From Amphiscolops sp. MND2022 (taxonomy: Eukaryota), in contig OZ076409.1 of assembly GCA_964187785.1 (NCBI GenBank), forward strand, positions 38,938,001 to 39,002,000: 64,000 bases of DNA. The letters are read 5' to 3'. The notes under the pieces were generated by a model that was given only the letters and a program-made list of their open reading frames with translations, was not told the DNA's origin and did not search any database. A program made the position numbers and the translations under genes. Positions 1 to 9,800 of the stretch are shown one piece after another. Numbering within the stretch: the first letter of the stretch is position 1; every line of letters starts with the position of its first letter.

Positions 1-2
1 AC

Positions 3-686
3 AGTGACATAGAAGTCATCGCCTGTTATCGCCACGTGCCTATTGCCCCAACTGAACAGAATGCCACACGCAAGATGACTACGGACCTCTCTAGCTGTGT
101 GGACGACGGGTTGCCCGAATTCCCTTGGGACGACTTTTCGGACTTCTGGCCTGAAGATTTCGAAACAGCAATAGTCGAATTAGGAACTGGCCCAGACGCA
201 ATCGGCAGGGAGAACAATTGTCCAATCAACCAATGCTCAAAACTTGTCCCTCAGACGGATACGCCGCTTTCTCCACCTTTGTGCGAGCAAGGGCCCAGCT
301 ATGGTCGTTATGATTACGCTGGACCAAATGTGACAGATTTTGCTGTGCCCGTAAACTCCCACATCCAGGGAATTAGTGTGCGAATGGGGGCGAACTGTGG
401 TGAACCGAACGCCGCAGCTTATGGAGATTGCATTGTGCGTGGCAGATCATACGAGCAAATCCGCGAGACTGCAGTCCTGACGTACCTTGGGTCGACTTCA
501 AGACGAGGCGAGACGCATTACGATCAACAGAGGCGGAGAGATGCCTACCTAGCTGAAATGAATCAAGGGACAGTACTTTTGGTCCCTAGGGGAGTGTCGC
601 AGGCTGCCGCCTGTGACGGGATTTATTATCAAATTCCCCAAGAATATGCAGAATCCAACCCCCCACCCGGAGTATTGCCAATTTGA
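3..686 (+). CDS. C-terminal part of a retroelement ORF (pol tail or accessory ORF), no recognisable domain; ends 92 bp inside the LTR
   Basis: ORF track 36..686. The frame is also open from base 3, so it is 5'-truncated by the window edge. It crosses the PPT/LTR boundary at 594/595. Confidence 0.55.
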   Translation, partial: SDIEVIACYRHVPIAPTEQNATRKMTTDLSSCVDDGLPEFPWDDFSDFWPEDFETAIVELGTGPDAIGRENNCPINQCSKLVPQTDTPLSPPLCEQGPSYGRYDYAGPNVTDFAVPVNSHIQGISVRMGANCGEPNAAAYGDCIVRGRSYEQIRETAVLTYLGSTSRRGETHYDQQRRRDAYLAEMNQGTVLLVPRGVSQAAACDGIYYQIPQEYAESNPPPGVLPI

Positions 687-2236
687 AAAACTTACGGTAA
701 AACAATTCAAAACTATGCTTAATCTTAGCCCAACAGTACTATTTTATATTTTTACCGTGATGGACCTGTGGTCCACACGGCTACATCTCAAATTTCATTT
801 TTACCTTACGAGAATATACTTAATTGATGAGTTCTGTGCCTGTTTGATTGATTAGATGAATTTGTAATGTAATCAATTGAATGTAAAGTAATGCTTGCTG
901 AATAGTAGGAAACGTGTTCAAATGAACGCTTGTTGACGTCCGGCGTACGTACCGGCCTTATTTAAATGAACCAATCAGAGTGCTGTACATTCTTATCATT
1001 ATTATTGCTGTAGCCACGTGGACCGAAGGTCTACCGCGGTGTTATTAGCTGCCAATTAGTCGATGCTATTATGTGTATTGTAGCCGCGCGTACTGTCAGT
1101 CCGCGACAGTTACTACTATTTAGAGCAGTAATTTAAGTAAACTGATGTAGTTACTCGGACCTTAAGTCTATTAGTACAGTATTAATGGATGATTTGTTTG
1201 TTATGATACTTGTCAGACATGAAATATTAAAGTAAACATGTAACTATTTAAAGCAAAATGTGCTTATTTTAGATCTAATATCACACTTACAGACCATTGG
1301 TCAATCCCTCCATTTTACCCTGATGCTATATTTAGCTGCAATTTGATGTAGTAATATTGACGTCATGTACCAAAATATAATCGGGAGCTATTATTAGTAA
1401 CATGACCAGCATAATTTTGCGGGTCATGCAGTGTGAAGTATATATAGCGGGGACCGGTAGGCCCCAGGATGATTCTTTCTGATTTCACGAAACTATCAAC
1501 TACATACACTTCTGATTCAATTTGTTACGCTACGAGACTTATTGGAATAATAGACCATTAGTCAATTCATTATTAATCTCCAAAGTTAGTTCAATGCCCT
1601 CAACAAGGAGACAGAAAGCCAAAGAGAGACGCTCTAGGCAATTAGACATAATGTCTGATGTAGAAAATGTTGATATAATGCTTGGTAGTTACTCTAGAGA
1701 TGATGAAGAGAATAACATGAGCGAAAGTGAAATGAATTTGGGCTCAGGGTCCAGTAGACCACAACAAAGTTCGAATGTTATAGGAGAGGATTTCAGGTCA
1801 TTACTTAATACCAATAGCAGAGAAAATAGTGAAATCACTATTGAGACCACAAGGTTGATAAATGAAGAAATTTCTAATCAAGTGACTAGAAAACTCAATG
1901 AAATCAAAACTAGTTTGAATTCCCAAATTCAGGACGCGATTACAGTCGCAATAACACGCACGGTGCTTCCTTCTATCCAAAACACACTAGAAACGCAGGT
2001 GAGGTCGAATTTCACCGTGGTGGACCGGGGGTCTAACGGGCCACATCCCAGCCCAATGCCAACAGATTCCACCATAAAGGACCGAAGGTCCAGTGGGCTA
2101 CACCGGAACCCCGAAGTAGGAAATTCACAAAAAACGTGGGAAAATCGTCCCAGAACGTGCTTTGCACAGGAAAATAGTAGACTGAGGTCTAGAGAGAGTT
2201 CAACAGACTCTATGATTAGCGAACAAAATCGCGACA
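595..2236 (+). repeat. LTR, 1642 bp (family A)
   Basis: TGTCGC...GCGACA 6-bp inverted termini, preceded by a PPT. CCAAT box near 971 and TATA-like TATATA near 1441. Confidence 0.7.
1594..2236 (+). CDS. gag-like N-terminal ORF encoded inside the LTR (MPSTRRQKAKERR...LNEIKTSL...EQNRD), truncated at the LTR end
   Basis: 214 uninterrupted codons from ATG 1594 to the LTR terminus. Basic N-terminus plus coiled-coil-like LxEIKxS motif, shared with LTR-borne ORFs at 24968 (which leads into zinc-knuckle gag) and 61516. The frame runs on into flanking DNA to 2310. Confidence 0.65.
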
Positions 2237-2623
2237 ATAAGTTACTGGGAACAAAAGAAAAGCATATTTTTAAACAATGGCTAATGGTTCTAGTGCATAT
2301 TTCAAGGTGAGGTTTAAAGTGAACTTCAGCTGATGGGTAGAATTCCATTTTGTTGCAAAGGCAAGCGATTGAATTTTTAGAGATGCAACAAGTGATTTTT
2401 AGGATGAACAATTCTTTAATGGAAACCCTTCCTCTCTAAGTTGATTTCAATTTTGTTTGAAAAGCAGAGTCGACCTTGGAAAATACATCAAATGACTGCA
2501 AGTGTCCACATGAATACTTTATTGTGCAATGGATCTCTCTGAAAGGTACCCGAGGAGCAATAAATGTACAAAGCTGTCCGGTAATTTCTGAAAAGCAGAA
2601 AAACAGAAAAGCAGAAGAGAGGT

Positions 2624-2631
2624 AGATAGAC

Positions 2632-2702
<71 letters not shown>
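2624..2702. repeat. (GATA)n microsatellite
   Basis: About 19 AGAT units, one AGAC variant. Confidence 0.98.
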
Positions 2703-3013
2703 GAGGTAATTGCAGCAAAAGTTTTTTCATTTTATCATTTACTTGACTTCACAGATTGGGATATTTTCTTCAATTTCACCAAGAAACGGAATAACTTTCA
2801 AGCAGAAAATTTTAGAGCTTAATTTATTAGAGCAACATTATGCACAGAAAGCCATTCATCTAGAAATGTTTTCAGGGAACTTTTTGATACCTTCAGAGTG
2901 AGTTACCTTTAGAGACGTATCTTCAAAGTGACACTGATTTTGCTTCCATTATGGCTGCGAGGTAAAAGTGAAAGAGAAAAGTTAACAATGGATAATGACA
3001 TCGACTACATGAT

Positions 3014-3159
3014 ATAAGCGAAGGTTTAATTAAAATGACTTTGGGTAGATGACAATGTGTTTGATAATGCATATCTCAAAAGTTCTAGAACTTTTGAGAT
3101 ATGCATTATCAAACACATTGTCATCTACCCAAAGTCATTTTAATTAAACCTTCGCTTAT
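3014..3159. repeat. Perfect 146-bp palindrome with no spacer
   Basis: 73-bp arms are exact reverse complements centred on TTCT|AGAA (3086/3087). Confidence 0.95.
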
Positions 3160-3210
3160 TTGCTATTACCCTTCTAAATACCAAAAAAACAATAATTAAG
3201 GCTCTCCGTC

Positions 3211-4093
3211 GGGAGCGGGACAAAACAGCCGATTTTAAACGGGACAAAACAGCCGATTTTCAAAATAGGACAAAACAGCCGATTTTAAAACAGTACAAAA
3301 TCGCCGATTGGTAAATATAAAAATCGCCGATTTTGTCAATGCTTAAGATTAGCAGTCAATAAAATAATTATTATAACGTAGTCAGCTATCTTCACATACT
3401 CCTAGTGCCCTAAATGCAGGAGCGAAGCGACGTGCCAGATGGCCATGCCTCAATGTTGCTACTTGGCGAAGGGAGCGAAGCGACCGAGCCATACAACAAA
3501 TATGAACCTCTTCAAATAAACCAAGTTCCATGCATATCGGCTGTAACAGCACTCATTTTGTTCCGTTTTGAAAACCGGCTGTTTTGTCCCGTTTTGAAAA
3601 TCGGCTGTTTTGTCCCGTTTTGAAAATCGGCTGTTTTGTCCCGTTTTGAAAATCGGCTCTGTTTTGTCCCGTTTTGAAAATCGGCTGTTTTGTCCCGTTT
3701 TGAAAATCGGCTGTTTTGTCCCGTTTTGAAAATCGGCTGTTTTGTCCAGTTTTGAAAATCGGCTGTTTTGTCCCGTTTCGAAAATCGGCTGTTTTGTCCA
3801 GTTTTGAAAATCGGCTGTTTTGTCCCGTTTTGAAAATCGGCTGTTTTGTCCCGTTTCGAAAATCGGCTGTTTTGTCTCGTTTTAAAATCGGCTGTTTTGT
3901 CCCGTTTTGAAAATCGGCTGTTTTGTCCCGTTTTGAAAATCGGCTCTGTTTTGTCCCGTTTTGAAAATCGGCTGTTTTGTCCAGTTTTGAAACTCGGCTG
4001 TTTTGTCCCGTTTTGAAAATCGGCTGTTTTGTCCCGTTTCGAAAATCGGCTGTTTTGTCTCGTTTTAAAATCGGCTGTTTTGTCCCGCATCCC
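3211..4093. mobile_element. Foldback-type non-autonomous DNA transposon with TIRs built from 26-bp tandem units
   Basis: Left arm has about 4 copies of CGGGACAAAACAGCCGATTTTCAAAA (3217-3335). Right arm has about 20 inverted copies (3556-4087). Flanking direct repeat TCTCCGTC at 3203-3210 and 4094-4101 (8 bp; 9 bp if the preceding C is included). Confidence 0.85.
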
Positions 4094-4339
4094 TCTCCGT
4101 CAATGGGTTTTTGGATCATTTGACTTTTTGAAAACATTTTAGATCTGTAACGACAGACCAGTTTTGACACAGATTTTAGGAAAATGCTCGGAAATGCTCA
4201 ACAATACGATGTCATTCTTAATGACAACGAGTAGTTTTTCGACGCAATCATCCAGAACTGTATCAAGTCTAGAAACTAAACAAGCCGGGAACATACTCCG
4301 GATATTACGTCAAAATTTAGGATAGTATTGAAAAAAATT

Positions 4340-4770
4340 ATATGTGGGTATATAATGAGAAACCCCAATTTTGTACTAACAAGGCGCCATATCCAAGGCT
4401 CACAAATATCAAAATTATTTCAAAGTGTCAAGTATTCTTTTTATAGCACCCGAAAAACCCAAAAATTGGACGAATTGTTGCGCCGGGGCCCGCTAGTGCT
4501 GGCCCTTGGCGCGCTAAAAGGGGGACCCTTTCTGATTTTTAGCATCCAATCTGTTGCAAAATATCAAAAAATTGCAGTGGGACCCTTTGGAGGAAAAAAC
4601 TTTTGGAAAAAAGTCTTACAATGCCGAAAAAACTGAAGGGGGACCCATTAGTCTCGCCCGGTATTGTATGTTACGCTTAAAGAAAGAACCAACTATTATA
4701 GTTCAGTTCATTGTGCTAAATGGTCCAATTTGACATCTTAAAGTTTCATGAAGCATTGACTAAAAAACGT
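4340..4770 (+). repeat. Dispersed non-autonomous repeat, inverted relative of the 6060-6541 / 41120-41325 family
   Basis: GGGACCCTTT motifs and AAAGTCTTACAATGCCGAAAAAACT resemble the reverse complement of 6068-6135. GC-rich hairpin at 4480-4512. Confidence 0.5.
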
Positions 4771-6059
4771 GAAAAACGTAAAACAAGAATAGCTGGCAAA
4801 TGTCAAAATTGGATTTTTTCATCGCCTTGCTCACCAATTAAACTAATGCCTGTTTTCGGCAACTTCCGTTCCAATTTGCGTTACACAAGGACGCAGAATG
4901 ATTCGCTTTTTGACATAATTACGTAAATCTTTCCAAATTACACATCTTTTTTCAGACCTTTTTTGCAGGACTAAAGTACCGAGAACCAAGAATGGATATT
5001 AGCCCATTTTAGAGAAACGTTGTATCTATGAGTCTACTACCCGCAATTTGTAGCAATTTCCGACTGGATAGTACATTGAAGGAGGTCTTGGAGAGCTACT
5101 CAAAAAAGATTTCTTAGGGCAATGTGCTTTGTGTTTTGTTTTTGTCTCGAAGATAAAGAGCTAAACTAATTCTTCAGTTTGTCCTGTCATATAAGCGTCC
5201 TTTGTAAGGTATCCCGTACTGAGATCCCATAGCAGTTCATCGATGGCCATCGCAGTCCCATGGGGCCCATCGATGGCCATCAATGGCTCATCGATGGGCA
5301 TCGATGAGGTTTTTTGTAACGATGATCCCATCAATGGGAATCGAAATTTTCGGTCACAAAAATTCGTTCGACCTGGTTATGTTCAAAATTTCAACAACAC
5401 TCTCGCCATGCAAGTTTTTCAGTCTATTTAAGCTTTGTTGGAGATTTTACTTAAATTTGCCAATTATTTTATTCGGTAATGAAGTTATACCTAGTCGTCC
5501 ATATTATTTATCTTTGTGAAAAATCGGATTCTGTTGATTTTCCATGGAAAAAACACCAAATTGTTTGATACAAAAACGTATTTTAAAAGTCAATTCCTGC
5601 ATATTCCAGATATTTTTGCTTCTTAGGAGCAGATGGTTTTCTCAGCAATGGGAGCTTGATCCCGTCGCATTTACATACGTATAATTGCAATTTTGCCAAG
5701 TTTTTCTGATTTTCCATATCTTCTTATATCTCAGCAATGGGAGCAATGGAGCAATATACGTTGCAAATAATAGTGAACTGTTTTCGAGTGGAAAATGACA
5801 CTGTTGATTTTTATGCAAACTTCGAAGCTAAACAAGCGTTTTCAGTCGGCGCCTTTTGTAAAACAAAAAATGCCCGACTCCTACAGTGACCTCTCTCGTT
5901 TTTTTCTCCAAACCTCACACTGGAAGGTCCATTTTTTTTTGTTCATTTGTTCAACTCGAACAACGTGTCGAAAACATACATCAGAATCTCGTTCAAAACA
6001 GAACCGACGTCCAGATCCTCGAAGACATACTACGGATTCCCTTTGGCTAACTTGATGTT

Positions 6060-6541
6060 TTTAACGTAGCTTTTTTTCGGCACTGTGAGACTTTTTCGAA
6101 AGTTTTTTGATTGCACCAAAGGACCCCTTTCATTTTTTGCCATTTTGAAACAAACTGGATTTCAAAAAGCCCAAATGGTTCTTTCTCTTTTGTTGCATTT
6201 TTCGACATTTTGAAATTCTTCAAAATGTTTTTTTTTTCGTTTTAAAATTTTTGAAATTGATGTTTCAAGACCGTCTTTTTCGCGGAACTAGGCGACTTTC
6301 TACAAATTGTTTCTATCAACGCCCCCTTCGAGTTTTACTAGAAACGAAATGCGAGCATAGAGGACTCCATAAGGTTTTCCGCACTATGCGACATTTTCCG
6401 AATAAAAAAATCCGAATGAAAGGCACCCTTTGGATGTCTCGAAATTGTTTTCTGAGCTTTCCATAAAAACGTCCTGGGCATATGTTAAAATCTTTGCCGT
6501 TTTCGAGCCGTAGATGTAGTGCCGACTTTAGACGTTCCCGT
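6060..6541 (-). repeat. Dispersed non-autonomous repeat (possibly Helentron/DINE-1-like); terminus split by the Gypsy insertion
   Basis: Shares CAAACTGGA(C)TTTCAAAAAGC and the terminal GCCGACTTTAGACGTTCCCGT with 41120-41325. The last bases continue after 12398. Confidence 0.6.
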
Positions 6542-6764
6542 TGTTGTATTCGGGTTCATTCCGGTTCATGACCTTACCGAGTTTCGGTTTAAAGAACTTC
6601 AGTTTACGTCTAGAATACCAAACAATGTTGATAAACAAAAACTACAACAAAACTATATTAGATATTTCATTTATACGATTTGGATATCTACGTTCTAGAC
6701 CATAGAAAAAAAGATTACTTTTAGAAACTTTTTTTAATCAAATCTGAGTTATTAGAATAGAACA
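6542..6764 (+). repeat. 5' LTR (223 bp)
   Basis: TGTT...AACA termini. Near-identical to 12170-12393, with about 6-7 differences by eye. Confidence 0.97.
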
Positions 6765-6777
6765 TGGCGCAGTCAGC
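6765..6777 (+). promoter_or_regulatory. Primer-binding site, complementary to a tRNA-Ser-type 3' end
   Basis: TGGCGCAGTCAGC immediately follows the LTR. Its reverse complement GCTGACTGCG-CCA matches the acceptor end I recall for invertebrate tRNA-Ser. Confidence 0.75.
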
Positions 6778-6819
6778 GAATTTTTAAATAAACCGAATTC
6801 TTATCCATAAACGAGAATC

Positions 6820-9800
6820 ATGACAGAAAAGAATATAGTACCGAACCTCGAAACCAAAGCCACAGACGGAAATCCGGTATTCACACCGAGACAATGGCTA
6901 GAAAGATTCAAACAATTCACAAAACGAGAACACAAAATAGACATCACACCTTTATTAAAAGGTGAAGACATAACCGATTCCGGTTGGGGCGCAAAAGAAC
7001 AAGCAATACAAGAAGATTTTATTTGGGGAGTGGGACCGGAAGCACTTTTCCAAATAACCCGAGCAGAGTACAAGACAGACCCGGACAGTATAAAAATCAA
7101 AGATCTAATCCGGTTATACACCGAATACTACCTACCGAAACGAAACACTTACCACAATCGAGGAGATTTCTTTTGGGCGAAACAATCAGAAGAAGAAACA
7201 CCGGAGTATTTTTGGAGAAGACTAATCGAAATCGAAAGAGAATGCAACTTCGGCTCTATATCGGCCGAAGAACTGCTAATCTCCAAATACATGACCGCAA
7301 TAACCGACAAGAAACTACGGGACAAAATAAGGAAAGAGAAAACACTGGAACTAAAGAAAATAGTGAACTGATAAAGCAAAACACATACGAAAAGAAAAAC
7401 GAAAAGAACACAATTCCGGAAGCACTGATTTCATCAAAAGAGAAACAAATAATAAAAGAAGAACCGATACAAAGAATGGAAAGATTCGGAACAAAATCGA
7501 AGAATAAACAATTCGGAAACCGACCATGCAGATTTTTCAGTGCACCAAAATGGTCACCGATACACAAATGCCCGGCATTAGAAGCAAACTGCAATAAATG
7601 CGGAAAGAAAGGCCACTTCGCAAAAGCATGCAGACAACGAACATATAACAACCGAACAGTGAAAAGACTAACCGAAGACGAAGATCAACAGCCGAACGAA
7701 TCAACTAGCGAGTCAGAAGAAAGCATACATCACATCAAAGAGATAAAAACAATCGAAGAAAAGAACAAACACTACACGGCATCAATCAAAATAAACGGAG
7801 TGAGAAAAGAATTCATCATCGACACGGGATCACCAACAACGATAATGCCACCCGACGAAAGAATAATGAAACATACCGAAATTCAAAAAATTACAAACCG
7901 GTATCAAGATGTACACAAAAATGAAGTAAAATTCCGGGGGAAAATTCCGGTAAACATTGAATACGAGAACAACAAACAAAAAATGGAAATTCTAATACCC
8001 GAAAGAACAGACATAACACCATTGTTGGGAATGGACTGGATGAAAACATTCAAATTAACAATCGGAAGAAAAACAATCGGAATTAAGAATCCAATTGGAC
8101 GAGAACAATCAATCAGAAAAAGAGAGAATTATAAATTAATTCCCGGACTTGTTTGAAAATAACGAGACAATAAAAGATACCGAAATAAAGATACAACTGA
8201 AACCCGGACATTTCCCGGTAAAACAAAAAGCCCGACCGGTACCATTACACCTACAAGAAGATGTAAGAAGAGAACTAGAAAAACTAATCAAATCCGGACA
8301 TGTGGAGAAAATAAAGACGTGGACGAAGATTTTTTCGTATCACCGGTAGTAATTACAGTAAAAAGCGACAAATCGGTAAAAATAGCACTAGACTCTCGAA
8401 AGCTAAACAACAGCTGTGTCAAAATGAGACCACACATGCCGAACATGGAGGAATTATTATATCAAATTTCGGTAGAGATAACACGAGACCGAACAACACA
8501 ATTATTTATGTCCAAAATAGATCTGGACTATGCCTACGGACAAATGAAACTATCCGAAGAAACTAGCCGACAATGCGTATTCGCATTAACCGGAAGAAAA
8601 TTCAGCGGTTATTACAGATTCAAAAAAGGTTTTACGGGCTCGCCGATATACCCACAATATTTCAGGAAAAAATTGACCGATCACTCGGATACTGCACACC
8701 AGAGTGGTTGGACGACATAATAGTAGTAACAAGCGGCAACAAACAAGACCACGAGAAGAAACTATTCGACGTCCTGAACAAGCTAGAAAAAGCCGGTTAC
8801 CGAGCCAGCAAGAGAAAATCTGAATTTTTCATGAAACAAACAAAATGGCTGGGACATGAAATCGACGAAAACGGAATAAAACCGAACGAAGAAAAAGTTG
8901 AAGCTATACTAAAATTAAATCCACCGGAGAACACCAAAGAACTAAAATATTTTCTCGGAGCAATACAATATATGGCAAAATATCTACCGAAGCTTTCGGA
9001 AAGAACAGACCGATTACGGAAACTCTTGAAAAAGAACGAATCATGGAATTGGGGAACCGAACAAGAAGAAGACTTCGGAAAAACAAAACAGATGCTAACC
9101 GAAGGGCCGTGTCTAGCTCATTACGCAAAAGTCAAATAAAACATAGTAACAACCGATGCTAGCACTACCTGACTGGGAATAACAATTTGGCAAAAACAAG
9201 ATAACGGAAATACAAAACCAATAGCTTACGGGAGTAGATATTTGAATGATACCGAAAAGAAATACTCAATCGGTGAACTAGAACTACTAGCAGTTGTGTG
9301 GGGATCAGAGAAGTTTAGATTCTGTCTTTACGGAAAAGAGGTTCATTTATATACGGATCATCAAGCACTAGAACCACTGATTTAAAAAACCGGAGCAACA
9401 AAAGTACAGTGCAAGACTAACAGTTAGACCGCCTAACACACTTTGACATATCAATACAGCATATAGCCGGCAGTAATTTGAAACTGACCGATTATCTCAG
9501 CAGAAATCCGGTAGGGGGAGCAGCACCGGAAAAAAATTACGATGAAGAATACGTAAATAACATACTTGCCGAACAAGCTGAATTGAATTTGAAATACGGA
9601 CAACTATTCGCGGACCAATCAAAATGCAGTAAACGCACCACCGAGAGAACAAAGATGAAGTCCGAACATAAAGTTGAACACAAAACCGACCAATCACAAT
9701 CAAATAGAACATTCGAGAACAAAAGCAACGTGAACGAAACCGAACAGAACAAGAAAACAACATCCGGGCAGTCCGATATTAGCACTCTGAAAGACAGTCA

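Larger units (their letters stand above)
1..2236 (+). mobile_element. 3' end of a large-LTR retrotransposon (family A; internal tail + PPT + 3' LTR), 5' part outside window
   Basis: Short purine tract GGGGAG (589-594) directly followed by TGTCGC (595). Matching inverted terminus GCGACA ends at 2236. A reading frame open from base 3 runs through the PPT into the LTR. Confidence 0.75.

Noticed and set aside
2488..2730. 80-aa ORF with YLSI repeats
   Set aside because: Translation of the (TATC)n microsatellite.
3512..4170. 192-205 aa repetitive ORFs
   Set aside because: Translations of the stop-free 26-bp tandem repeat cycling through three frames.
5210..5345. Cluster of CATCGATGG palindromic units
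   Set aside because: Looks like the subterminal repeats of a truncated MITE. No partner end or TSD found.
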